A stretch of DNA of 64,000 bases. Origin: Chitinophaga pinensis (GTDB lineage Bacteria > Bacteroidota > Bacteroidia > B-17B0 > Aurantibacillaceae). A program made the position numbers and the translations under genes. The stretch's first letter is position 1. Each line of letters starts with the position of its first letter. Positions 37,763 to 47,474 of the stretch are shown piece by piece. The notes under the pieces were generated by a model. The model was given only the letters and a program-made list of their open reading frames with translations, searched no databases and was not told where the DNA came from. Location of the stretch: positions 16,941-80,940 of the forward strand of contig CAMCZO010000002.1 in assembly GCA_945887955.1 (NCBI GenBank). Reading direction: 5' to 3'.

Positions 37763-38917
37763 TTATTTGATAGTAATTTGACTTATAATTTCTGAGCAAA
37801 TAAATACAGCTGCGTTTCCATCTCCATATAGTTTTGGAAAAGAAAGATCTTTTTTTGCAATTAATTGCTCAAAACTAAATTTAATTTTATTTTCATCTGC
37901 ATCTGCAATTAATGCGGCACCGTTCTCTAATAATTCAATCCATTCTGTTTCTGGCCTTAGAATAACACAAGGTTTTTCAAAATAAAAAGCTTCTTTTTGA
38001 ACACCTCCACTATCCGTCATAACCAGGCAACAATTCTTCTCTAAGGCGAGCATTTCTAAAAAGGAAACAGGAGAAATTATTTTAAAATTAGAATTTAATC
38101 GAATGGCTTCTACTAAATCTTTTGATAAATTACGATCTAATAAATTTGAGGTTCGAGGATGCAGAGGTAAAACGATTTGTAATTGGTGATTAATTGATAT
38201 ATCATTTAATGATTTGAATAATGCATTTAAACGAATTGGCTCATCAGTATTATTATTACGATGAATAGTGGCAAGAATAAACCCATTATTTTTTAATTTT
38301 AAATCATTAATAATAGAAGTTTTTACATCAGAAATCTTCGAAAAAAACAAACTGTTATCATACATCACATCGCCACAATGATAAATTTTAGGATTATCTA
38401 TTGAATATGGGGCTTTGGTTTGAGACAAAAAACCTTCTTGAATTAAATTATTAAAACCTGTTTTAGTTGGCGAAAATAAAAGTGTACTCACGTGATCGCA
38501 CATAATACGATTAATCTCTTCAGGCATAGATTTATTAAAAGATCTTAGGCCAGCTTCTATATGAATAACGGGTATATGAATTTTACTTGCAGCCATTGCT
38601 CCTGCGAGCGTAGAATTAGTATCACCATATAATACAATCGCATTTGGTTTTTCAATTAACAAAACATCTTCAATTGCCGAAATCATTGTGGCAGTTTGTT
38701 TACCGTGGTTTCCACTGCCAACATTTAAATTATAATTAGGAAGAGGGATTTCTAACTCATCAAAAAAAACTTGACTCATATTATCATCATAATGTTGGCC
38801 AGTATGAACAATAATTTCAGTTATTTGACTTGAAAAATTATTTTTAATGGCCCTACTTAATGCAGCAGCCTTTATAATTTGAGGTCGAGCGCCTATAATG
38901 GTAACAATTTTTATCAT
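37763..38917 (-). CDS. wecB: Non-hydrolysing UDP-N-acetylhexosamine 2-epimerase (WecB/WbpI-like)
   Basis: GARPQIIK, HTGQHYD, YGDTNSTLAG, HIEAGLRS, PEEINR, TDSGGVQKEA. Confidence 0.93.
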   Translation of the reverse strand: MIKIVTIIGARPQIIKAAALSRAIKNNFSSQITEIIVHTGQHYDDNMSQVFFDELEIPLPNYNLNVGSGNHGKQTATMISAIEDVLLIEKPNAIVLYGDTNSTLAGAMAASKIHIPVIHIEAGLRSFNKSMPEEINRIMCDHVSTLLFSPTKTGFNNLIQEGFLSQTKAPYSIDNPKIYHCGDVMYDNSLFFSKISDVKTSIINDLKLKNNGFILATIHRNNNTDEPIRLNALFKSLNDISINHQLQIVLPLHPRTSNLLDRNLSKDLVEAIRLNSNFKIISPVSFLEMLALEKNCCLVMTDSGGVQKEAFYFEKPCVILRPETEWIELLENGAALIADADENKIKFSFEQLIAKKDLSFPKLYGDGNAAVFICSEIISQITIK

Positions 38918-38928
38918 AAATTATAAAG

Positions 38929-38936
38929 CAAATTTA
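38929..38936 (-). promoter_or_regulatory. -7 element TAAATTTG for wecB
   Basis: Exact consensus 11 nt upstream of the ATG. Confidence 0.55.
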
Positions 38937-38996
38937 TAGAAAAAAAATGGACTTTTTTATTAAACAATTTATAAGTAAAAACTAAAATATTTTAAA

Positions 38997-39695
38997 TTAC
39001 AATAAATTTTCGTCTGCAAAACTAAAGTAATTTAAATCACCTATGATCAAATGATCGAGTAAAGAAACATCAAATAAAATTAAAGCTGATTTTAATTTAA
39101 TTGTTATCTCTTTATCTTGTTTACTAGGTATAATTTGACCACTTGGATGATTGTGAGCAATAATTATTCCACTGGCATTATTTTCAATTGCTGATTTACA
39201 AATTAATCTAACATCAACTATGGTTCCACTAATGCCGCCTTTACTAATAAATTCTTCTTTTATAACTTGATTAGCACGGTTTAAAATTAAAAGCCAAAAT
39301 TCTTCATGGGGCAAATCACTTAAACGTTTTTGAAACAATTGATAGGCTGTTTTGCTTGAAGTAATTTTAATACGTTCTAAAGAATTCAAATCTGATTTTC
39401 TTCTACCTAATTCAAAACTAGCCGCAATATTTATAGCTTTTACAATACCAATTCCTTTAAATTTTTTTAAATCGTTTAAACTTAATTTAGCTACTTCATT
39501 AATATTATTTTTATTTTGATGTAGCATTCTCTGTGCTAATTGAACAGCTGTTTCAGTTTTGTTACCCGAGCCTAAAATTATAGCTAATAACTCAGCGTCA
39601 CTTAACGATTGTCGACCAAGCGCAACCAATTTCTCGCGAGGGCGATCATCCTGTGCCAAAGATTTTAAATTTAAATGGGTTTGGTTTTCTTTCAT
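38997..39695 (-). CDS. radC: RadC (UPF0758) JAB-domain protein
   Basis: DDRPREKL, LSDAELLAIILGSG, HEEFW, AHNHPSG..PSKQD, LLDHLII. Confidence 0.95.
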   Translation of the reverse strand: MKENQTHLNLKSLAQDDRPREKLVALGRQSLSDAELLAIILGSGNKTETAVQLAQRMLHQNKNNINEVAKLSLNDLKKFKGIGIVKAINIAASFELGRRKSDLNSLERIKITSSKTAYQLFQKRLSDLPHEEFWLLILNRANQVIKEEFISKGGISGTIVDVRLICKSAIENNASGIIIAHNHPSGQIIPSKQDKEITIKLKSALILFDVSLLDHLIIGDLNYFSFADENLL

Positions 39696-39759
39696 CTATA
39701 GCTAAATTACAAAATTGATTTTCAAAACCATATAGTTTATGTAATTTTATATCGAATTT

Positions 39760-41022
39760 ATGTCCATTTTTAAAGCAGAATCTCTTCAAATTTTTAAAAT
39801 TAAAGAATTTAGGTTATTTATTCTAGTTCGTTTTTTTTTAACCTTAGCTATTCAAATGCAATTTAGTACCATTTACCTTCAGGTCTATTACGAATATTCT
39901 AAAGAAGAGATCTACTTAGGACTAATTGGGCTTACAGAGGCTATACCATTTATTATTACATCCTTTTTTAGTGGTCATATTGCCGACAAAGTTCACAAAA
40001 AACAAATTTTAAGTATTGGCATTTTGTTACTCCTTTTTGGAGCTATCTTTTTATTTTTTAATTCAACGCAAAAACTATTATTATTTAAAGATTTAGGCTT
40101 AACTGCATTATTCAGTATTGTATTTTTATTCGGAATTATTCGCTCATTTTTAGCCGCAACAACAAATCCATTTTTAAGTCATTTAGTTCCTCGACATCAG
40201 TTTACAAATTCTGCAACTTGGAATAGCACGGCCTGGCATACTGGCGCTATATTAGGACCCGTTTTAGCAGGAATTATTTATGGGTATAATAATAAATTTA
40301 ATGCTTCGTATTGCCATTTTACAGAAGTGTTTCTATTTTTAATATCCTTAATTTTTTTGTTGCAAATTAAAAATAAAGGCTTAGCTCAAATACACGAGAA
40401 AAAAGAAACAATTTTTGATAGTATAAAATTAGGACTAAATTTTGTTTATAAAAATAAAATGGTTTTAAGTGCTATATCTCTTGATTTATTTGCAGTATTA
40501 TTTGGTGGCGCAGTTGCATTGATTCCAGCATTTACAGATAAAGTTCTACATCTAGGGCCCCAGGCTTATGGTTTCTTAAGAACTGCACCTGCTATTGGAG
40601 CTGTTTTAATGGCATTGATTATGGTAATGTATCCTCCTTCAAAAAAAGCAGGTTTAGCTTTAATTTGGTCTGTAATTGCCTTTGGTGTTTTTACCATTTT
40701 ATTTGCTTTATGTAAAAATTATTGGTTAGCTTTTTTAATGTTATTTTGCACTGGTGCTTTTGATAATGTAAGTGTTGTAATTAGACATAGTATTTTGCAA
40801 TTAATGACGCCAGATAATATGCGGGGGAGAGTAAGTGCAATAAACGGGATATTTATTGGCAGCAGCAACGAAATTGGAGCATTTGAGAGTGGACTTAGTG
40901 CAAAATTAATCGGCTTGGTTCCATCCATTATTTTCGGAGGAACAATGACAATTTTAGTTGTTTTAGGAATTGATAAAATAAATCCGAAATTAAAAAAGTT
41001 AGATATTCAAGCACTCAATTAA
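39760..41022 (+). CDS. MFS transporter (EntS/DHA3-like)
   Basis: About 12 TM segments; AISLDLFAVLFGGA, TPDNMRGRV, GSSNEIGAFESG. Confidence 0.9.
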   Translation: MSIFKAESLQIFKIKEFRLFILVRFFLTLAIQMQFSTIYLQVYYEYSKEEIYLGLIGLTEAIPFIITSFFSGHIADKVHKKQILSIGILLLLFGAIFLFFNSTQKLLLFKDLGLTALFSIVFLFGIIRSFLAATTNPFLSHLVPRHQFTNSATWNSTAWHTGAILGPVLAGIIYGYNNKFNASYCHFTEVFLFLISLIFLLQIKNKGLAQIHEKKETIFDSIKLGLNFVYKNKMVLSAISLDLFAVLFGGAVALIPAFTDKVLHLGPQAYGFLRTAPAIGAVLMALIMVMYPPSKKAGLALIWSVIAFGVFTILFALCKNYWLAFLMLFCTGAFDNVSVVIRHSILQLMTPDNMRGRVSAINGIFIGSSNEIGAFESGLSAKLIGLVPSIIFGGTMTILVVLGIDKINPKLKKLDIQALN

Positions 41023-41822
41023 TGAAAAAAGAACTTTTAGCAATTAAAGATTTTTTAGACGAAAGTTATTTAAAATATAATACTAATTTATTTATTGAAT
41101 CAGATCCCATTAGTATTCCTAGAAAATTTTCAAAAAAAGAAGATATTGAGATAGCAGGCTTTTTATCAGCAACTATTGCCTGGGGAAATAGAAAATCTAT
41201 TATTTCTAATGGAGAAAAACTAATGAAATTAATGGATAATGCTCCACATGATTTTATTATAAACCATAATAAAAACGAATTAAAACCATTAGAAAAATTT
41301 GTCCATAGAACATTTAATGGTAAAGACTGTTTGTTTTTCATTAAATCTCTCCAAAATATTTATAAAAATTTTGGTGGTTTAGAAAATTCATTCGGCGGAG
41401 TAGAGAAAAAGTTTAATGGTTGTTTAAAAAATAGATTAATATACTTTAGAACATTATTTTTAGAGACCCAACATTTAGCTCGATCAGAAAAACACATTTC
41501 AAATCCTATCCAAAAATCAAGTGCAAAAAGATTATGCATGTATCTAAGATGGATGGTAAGACAGGATAAAAAAGGAGTTGATTTTGGAATATGGAAAAGT
41601 ATTTCTAGTCAAGATTTATGCTTGCCTTTAGATGTTCATACAGGAAATGTGAGCAGAATATTAGGTTTACTCAAAAGAAAACAAAACGATTGGCAGGCTG
41701 TTGAAGAAATTACTGATATTTTAAAATCATTTGATGCAAAGGATCCAATCAAATATGATTTTGCATTATTTGGTTTAGGGATTGATGGAGCATTGAAAGA
41801 AAGTTCAAAATTAAAATTGTGA
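41022..41822 (+). CDS. TIGR02757 family protein
   Basis: DPISIP, EIAGFLSATIAWG, SAKRLCMYLRWMVR, PLDVH, DPIKYDFALFGLG. Confidence 0.92.
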   Translation: MKKELLAIKDFLDESYLKYNTNLFIESDPISIPRKFSKKEDIEIAGFLSATIAWGNRKSIISNGEKLMKLMDNAPHDFIINHNKNELKPLEKFVHRTFNGKDCLFFIKSLQNIYKNFGGLENSFGGVEKKFNGCLKNRLIYFRTLFLETQHLARSEKHISNPIQKSSAKRLCMYLRWMVRQDKKGVDFGIWKSISSQDLCLPLDVHTGNVSRILGLLKRKQNDWQAVEEITDILKSFDAKDPIKYDFALFGLGIDGALKESSKLKL

Positions 41823-41832
41823 ATCAAATTGA

Positions 41833-42525
41833 TTAATGTTTGATTTTATTTTTAAATATTTTTTCAAACTTCTCTAATTTTGGTTGAATTAAAAATTTGC
41901 AATATCCTTCTTCTGAATTTAAATTATAATAATTTTGATGATACTCCTCAGCAGCATAGTAATTAGTAAATGGAACAATTTCAGTAATTACAGGATTTTG
42001 AAATGCTTTTTCATCATTAATTTGTTTTTTATACTGCTCAGCAAGTAATTTCTGTTCAGTTGTGTGATAAAAAATAACCGAACGATACTGAGTCCCCATA
42101 TCATTTCCTTGACGGTTTAGTGTAGTTGGATCATGAGTTTTCCAAAAAACTTCGAGTAACTCAGAAAATCTTATTTTAGAAGGATCAAAAATAATTTGAC
42201 ATACTTCGGCATGACCAGTATTTCCATTACAAACTTCTTTGTATGTAGGATTTTTAATACTTCCACCGGCATACCCACTTTGAACACTTTGAACACCATT
42301 TAAGTTTTGAAAAATAGCTTCAACACACCAAAAACATCCAGCCCCAAAAGTAGCGGTATCTGTTGTTGATTTTATTTTTGACAAACTTTCTAGCGAGTTT
42401 TGATTTTTTTGAGAATCCATAGACAATTGATAAAAATTTGTATTGTTGTTACTTTCAGAGCAGTTGCAAAATAAAAATTGAGTAATAAAAATTAAAAAAA
42501 AAGTATTAATAAAATTTGCTAACAT
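41833..42525 (-). CDS. msrA: Peptide-methionine (S)-S-oxide reductase with export signal
   Basis: FGAGCFWC, SGYAGG, GHAEV, HDPTTLNRQGND, AEEYHQNYY. Confidence 0.96.
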   Translation of the reverse strand: MLANFINTFFLIFITQFLFCNCSESNNNTNFYQLSMDSQKNQNSLESLSKIKSTTDTATFGAGCFWCVEAIFQNLNGVQSVQSGYAGGSIKNPTYKEVCNGNTGHAEVCQIIFDPSKIRFSELLEVFWKTHDPTTLNRQGNDMGTQYRSVIFYHTTEQKLLAEQYKKQINDEKAFQNPVITEIVPFTNYYAAEEYHQNYYNLNSEEGYCKFLIQPKLEKFEKIFKNKIKH

Positions 42526-42533
42526 TTATAAAT

Positions 42534-43052
42534 TTATTTAACAGCGTCGTCTTTATTTATTATTATTTTAGGTTTCTTTTGTTTTTTTTGTTTTTTAGGT
42601 TTACCGCCTTTTTCTCTTCCTGTTAAATCAAAATATTTTTTTATTTTATCATTATTTCCAACTATTTTCATACTTCCGTCGATATCCCATTCTAAAATAT
42701 TAAAATTCATCATTAAGGTTTGATTTAATTTGTCAGTAAATGTACTTTCAACAACTAATAATCGAACCTCTGTATCAGTAGAATCAACATATACAGAATC
42801 TTTATTGATTCGATAACTAATCCACTTGTACCGAAATTTTTTTTTCAAATAAGAACTATATAACTTTCCGTTTTTAAACTTTATACGATCCATAATGGAT
42901 TTTTTTGCCGGAACATTGTCCTTTACCTCAGTTAGTTGAATATTAAATTTACGTTTATGTAAAAAATCTTTTTCATCCTTAAAAGATAAACACGTCAAAA
43001 TAACCAATAATAAAATAATCCTTTTTAGATAAAATTTTTTATTAAATTGCAT
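42534..43052 (-). CDS. Hypothetical exported protein
   Basis: 172-aa ORF with an N-terminal signal-like segment and Lys-rich tail; no family recognised. Confidence 0.65.
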   Translation of the reverse strand: MQFNKKFYLKRIILLLVILTCLSFKDEKDFLHKRKFNIQLTEVKDNVPAKKSIMDRIKFKNGKLYSSYLKKKFRYKWISYRINKDSVYVDSTDTEVRLLVVESTFTDKLNQTLMMNFNILEWDIDGSMKIVGNNDKIKKYFDLTGREKGGKPKKQKKQKKPKIIINKDDAVK

Positions 43053-43141
43053 ATAGGTTAAAAATAAATTAAGTTTTTAATAAATAATTTAACAAAAATA
43101 TAAATAATATTTTAACAATCTCTGTTAAATAAAATAATAGG

Positions 43142-44413
43142 ATGCAGCCACTCGCAGATCGAATACGTCCAAAAAATTTAAATGAATATATTGGTCAAAA
43201 ACACATTATAGGCAAAGATTCAGCTTTACTAAATGCTATTAAACAAAACTTACTCCCTTCTTTAATTTTATGGGGGCCTCCTGGTGTTGGCAAAACATCT
43301 TTAGCTCTTATTATTGCTACTGAGTTAAAAAGGCCTTTTTATATGATTAGTGCAATAAATAGTGGGGTAAAAGATATTCGAGATGTTATTGAGAAAGCTA
43401 GCGATACAAACATATTTAATCAAGATAAACCTGTTTTGTTTATCGATGAAATTCATCGTTTTAATAAATCTCAGCAAGATTCTCTTTTGAGTGCTGTAGA
43501 AAAAGGTACGATAACCTTGATTGGTGCAACTACCGAAAACCCTTCTTTTGAAGTAATACCAGCATTACTTTCACGCTGCCAAGTCTATGTTTTAAAATCA
43601 TTAGAAGAAGAAGATTTATTAAGTTTAATTCAACATGCTATTAAAGATGATTTGGTGCTTTCTCAAAAACAGATTGAATTAAAAGAACATGAAGCTTTAA
43701 TTCGATTAAGTGGAGGCGATGCTCGTAAATTATTAAATGCATTAGAAATTACTGTAAATAGTACTCAAGAAAAAAAAATAGTAATTACGAATGAGTTAGT
43801 TTTAAAAATAGTTCAACAAAATTTAGCCTTATACGATAAAAATGGCGAGCAGCATTATGATATTATTTCGGCATTTATTAAATCAATTCGTGGAAGTGAC
43901 CCTAACGCAGCTGTATATTATTTAGCCCGAATGCTCAAAGGTGGTGAAGATCCATTGTTTATTGCCAGACGATTATTGATTTTAGCAAGCGAAGACATTG
44001 GCAACGCAAATCCAAACGCTTTATTATTAGCTAATAATTGTTTTACCGCAGTAAATGTGATTGGGATGCCAGAGGCAAGAATTATTTTGAGTCAATGCGT
44101 TACTTATTTAGCTTGTTGTAATAAAAGTAATGCTTCTTATTTAGCTATTAACGATGCTTTTAACCTGGTAGATAAAACTGGTGATTTAGCTGTCCCGCTT
44201 CAACTTCGAAATTCGCCTACAAAGCTAATGAAACAATTGGATTATGGGACAGATTATAAATATGCTCATGATTACGAAAACAATTTTACAGAACAAGAAT
44301 TTTTGCCAGATCATATAAAGGGTACAAAAATTTATGAGCCAGGAAATAATGATCGTGAAACTGAACAAAGAAAATATTTAAAAAAACTATGGAAAGAAAA
44401 ATACGGTTATTAA
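43142..44413 (+). CDS. rarA: Replication-associated recombination protein A (MgsA/RarA)
   Basis: [52 protein letters not shown]. Confidence 0.96.
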   Translation: MQPLADRIRPKNLNEYIGQKHIIGKDSALLNAIKQNLLPSLILWGPPGVGKTSLALIIATELKRPFYMISAINSGVKDIRDVIEKASDTNIFNQDKPVLFIDEIHRFNKSQQDSLLSAVEKGTITLIGATTENPSFEVIPALLSRCQVYVLKSLEEEDLLSLIQHAIKDDLVLSQKQIELKEHEALIRLSGGDARKLLNALEITVNSTQEKKIVITNELVLKIVQQNLALYDKNGEQHYDIISAFIKSIRGSDPNAAVYYLARMLKGGEDPLFIARRLLILASEDIGNANPNALLLANNCFTAVNVIGMPEARIILSQCVTYLACCNKSNASYLAINDAFNLVDKTGDLAVPLQLRNSPTKLMKQLDYGTDYKYAHDYENNFTEQEFLPDHIKGTKIYEPGNNDRETEQRKYLKKLWKEKYGY

Positions 44414-44419
44414 AATAAA

Positions 44420-45712
44420 TTATAAACTCCAGTATGTAATCCCTTTTATATGATTCCTATAAATACCTTTTACATCTACTAATACTCCTTTATTAGAAAG
44501 TATAGATTTAAAATATTTTTCATCTAGTTTTTTATATTCTTGATGATTTACAGCTACAATAACACCGTCATAGCCTTTTCCTAATTTACTTAAACCAAAG
44601 CCATATTCATGTTTAAGTTCTTCATTTTTGGCATGCGGGTCTACAATTTCGACTTTTACTCCAAATGATTTTAATTCTTTTACAATATCAGACACTTTAC
44701 TATTACGAATATCGCTAACATCTTCTTTAAAGGTAGCGCCCATTATTAATACTTTTGATTTTGAAATATTTTTTCCTGCCGCAATAATTTTTTTTACTGT
44801 AGTTTTTGCTACATAAAATCCCATACTATCATTAACATATCTGCCGCTATTAATTACGCGAGCGTGGTAACCGAGCGATTCAGCTTTATGAGTTAAATAA
44901 TAAGGGTCAACGCCAATGCAATGACCACCAACTAAGCCTGGAAAAAATTTTAAAAAATTCCATTTAGTTCCTGCAGCTGCAAGTACATCATAAGTATTAA
45001 TATTCATTTTATTAAAAATAATAGACAATTCGTTCATTAAAGCAATGTTAACGTCTCGCTGAGTATTTTCAATAATTTTAGCTGCCTCAGCTACTTTAAT
45101 GCTGCTAGCTTTATGTGTACCAGGTTCTACAATAATTTCATAAATTTTTGCAATGTTATCTAAACTCTCTTTATCGCAACCACTAACAATTTTTAATATT
45201 TTAGTGATGGTATGTTCTTTATCTCCCGGATTTATTCTCTCGGGTGAATAACCAACTTTAAAGTCTTTAATAAATTTTAAACCCGAATGTTTTTCTAAAA
45301 CCGGAATACAATCCTCCTCAGTACAACCTGGATAAACGGTAGATTCATAAACCACGTAATCTCCCTTTTTTAAAACCTTACCTACAGTTATTGAAGCATT
45401 TATTAATGGGCTTAAATCTGGTAAATTATGCTCATCAATGGGAGTTGGAACTGCAACTATAAAAAAATTTGCTTTTTTTAAATCTTCTATTTGATGCGTA
45501 AAACGAATATCTGATTTTTTAAAATCATCTTTACTTAGTTCAAAACTTGGGTCAATTCCTTTTTTCATTAATCCAACGCGCTTTTCATTAATGTCAAAAC
45601 CAATTACTTTTACTTTTTTTGCAAAAGCTAAAGCAATAGGTAATCCAACGTATCCAAGACCAATTACGGCAACAGTTGATTCTTTTTTTACTATTTTAGA
45701 AAACATATTCAT
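44420..45712 (-). CDS. UDP-N-acetylhexosamine 6-dehydrogenase (TviB/WbpO/WbpA family)
   Basis: GLGYVGLP, ESTVYPG, GYSPERINPG, GLVGGHCIGVDPYYL. Confidence 0.93.
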   Translation of the reverse strand: MNMFSKIVKKESTVAVIGLGYVGLPIALAFAKKVKVIGFDINEKRVGLMKKGIDPSFELSKDDFKKSDIRFTHQIEDLKKANFFIVAVPTPIDEHNLPDLSPLINASITVGKVLKKGDYVVYESTVYPGCTEEDCIPVLEKHSGLKFIKDFKVGYSPERINPGDKEHTITKILKIVSGCDKESLDNIAKIYEIIVEPGTHKASSIKVAEAAKIIENTQRDVNIALMNELSIIFNKMNINTYDVLAAAGTKWNFLKFFPGLVGGHCIGVDPYYLTHKAESLGYHARVINSGRYVNDSMGFYVAKTTVKKIIAAGKNISKSKVLIMGATFKEDVSDIRNSKVSDIVKELKSFGVKVEIVDPHAKNEELKHEYGFGLSKLGKGYDGVIVAVNHQEYKKLDEKYFKSILSNKGVLVDVKGIYRNHIKGITYWSL

Positions 45713-45734
45713 GTCTCATTTATTTAAATTAAAT

Positions 45735-46766
45735 TTATTTAATCAAGTTTAAAGGCCTTAAAGCGTATATGCGTTCTATCATATCTACCACTTTTAATCC
45801 TTCTAAAGCATTTGTTGTAATCTTATTTTTTCCATTAATAGTTTCTACAACATTTTCAATTACATTGTGATGATTGTTAGCAGAGCCTTTATAAGACCCG
45901 TAATCATTTGCCGGATTGGTTTCTTTTAATACAGGCAATTCATAATCACTAATATTACACACTTCAATCTGATCCATGTATTGACCACCAACTTTCACAC
46001 TCCCTTTACTCCCAATAATAGTTAAAGAAGATTCTAAATTCTTATCCCATACGGCTGTCGAATAATTAATACTTCCCATACCACCATTTAAAAAATCAAA
46101 ACTTACAAAACCACTGTCTTCAAAATCCGTGTTGTTTTGGTGATTAAAATCGGCGAATTTTGCCTGAATATTAGTGATATCACCAAATATCCAATACATA
46201 ATATCTATCCAATGACTAAACTGAGTAAATAATGTGCCACCATCTAATTCAGAAGTCCCTTTCCAATTGTCTATTTTATAATAACGGTCGTCGCGATTCC
46301 AATAGCAATTTAATTGTACCATATAAATATCACCTAACACTTTATTTGAAACAATATCTTTTAACCAAACACTTGGGGGCGAGTATCTATTTTGCATCAC
46401 ACAAAAAACTGTTTTGTCGTGATTTAATGCAGAAAAAATAATCTTTTCACAATCAGCTTTAGTTAAAGCCATAGGCTTTTCTATTACTACATGTTTGTTT
46501 TGTTCAATTGCTTTTAATGCATGATTGGCGTGCAAACCATTTGGAGTACACACATTTATAACCTGAATTTCGGGATGTGCATTTAGCATTTCATCAACAG
46601 AATGATAAAATTCTTCTGTAATCGTTTCAATCCCTAATTTTTCTTTTGGAAGAATATCGCATACAGCTATTAGTTCACAATCTTTGTTGCGACGAACCAT
46701 TTCGGCGTGACGTTTACCAATATGCCCTTGACCAATAATTGCAAATTTTGTTTTTTTATTTTCCAT
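45735..46766 (-). CDS. wbpB: Gfo/Idh/MocA oxidoreductase, WbpB/WlbA-like
   Basis: GQGHIGKRH, CTPNGLH, IEKPM, VMQNRY, YWNRDDRYY, GGTLFTQFSHWID; adjacent to a WbpD-like gene. Confidence 0.75.
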   Translation of the reverse strand: MENKKTKFAIIGQGHIGKRHAEMVRRNKDCELIAVCDILPKEKLGIETITEEFYHSVDEMLNAHPEIQVINVCTPNGLHANHALKAIEQNKHVVIEKPMALTKADCEKIIFSALNHDKTVFCVMQNRYSPPSVWLKDIVSNKVLGDIYMVQLNCYWNRDDRYYKIDNWKGTSELDGGTLFTQFSHWIDIMYWIFGDITNIQAKFADFNHQNNTDFEDSGFVSFDFLNGGMGSINYSTAVWDKNLESSLTIIGSKGSVKVGGQYMDQIEVCNISDYELPVLKETNPANDYGSYKGSANNHHNVIENVVETINGKNKITTNALEGLKVVDMIERIYALRPLNLIK

Positions 46767-46772
46767 CTTAAA

Positions 46773-47351
46773 TTAATCGATCCTAATCACTTTATTATTT
46801 TCCAACTTATAATTCTGTTCACTTTCTTTGCATTTAGCAAATCCGTGGTTATCAAATTCTAATTTATGCCCAAATTCGCTCATCCATCCAATTTGACGCG
46901 ATGGGTTCCCAACAACTAAAGCATAATCAGGAACATGTTTTGTAACTACTGTTCCGGCTCCAATAAATGCATACTTTCCAATATCATGACCACAAACTAT
47001 TGTCGCATTTGCACCAATAGTTGCTCCTTTGCCAACATGAGTTTTAGCATACTCTGATTTACGATTAATAGCGCTCCGAGGATTAATAACATTGGTAAAA
47101 ACCATTGAAGGACCTAAAAAAACATCGTCGTCGCAAATTACACCAGTATAAATTGAAACATTATTTTGAACCTTCACGTTTTTTCCTAAAATCACATTTG
47201 GAGAGATCACAACATTTTGTCCCAAATTACAATTTTCGCCCAACTTACAATTTGACATGATATGCGAAAAATGCCAAATTTTAGTTCCCTCTCCTATTTC
47301 ACAATGTTCATCAATAATTGAGCTAGGATGTGCATAATATTTTAAATTCAT
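46773..47351 (-). CDS. wbpD: Hexapeptide-repeat N-acetyltransferase, WbpD/WlbB-like
   Basis: IGEGTKIWHFSHIM, NCNLGQNVVISP, KVQNNVSIYTGV, FLGPSMVFTNVINPRS. Confidence 0.85.
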   Translation of the reverse strand: MNLKYYAHPSSIIDEHCEIGEGTKIWHFSHIMSNCKLGENCNLGQNVVISPNVILGKNVKVQNNVSIYTGVICDDDVFLGPSMVFTNVINPRSAINRKSEYAKTHVGKGATIGANATIVCGHDIGKYAFIGAGTVVTKHVPDYALVVGNPSRQIGWMSEFGHKLEFDNHGFAKCKESEQNYKLENNKVIRID

Positions 47352-47450
47352 TATAATTTATTAGGTTTGTAAAATTACTAAAATTGGTCGTTATAGAAAA
47401 ATATAATTTAGGTTAATGAATTGATATAAATTCACAGAATAATAATTTAA

Positions 47451-47458
47451 TATATTTG
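47451..47458 (+). promoter_or_regulatory. -7 element TATATTTG for the YfhO-family gene
   Basis: Exact consensus 16 nt upstream of the ATG. Confidence 0.6.
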
Positions 47459-47474
47459 TGCTTCACAAAATAAT

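Noticed and set aside
38997-39695. radC as a marker of a mobile element or anti-defence island
   Set aside because: Full-length chromosomal form with N-terminal HhH region; no integrase, repeats or compositional shift nearby.
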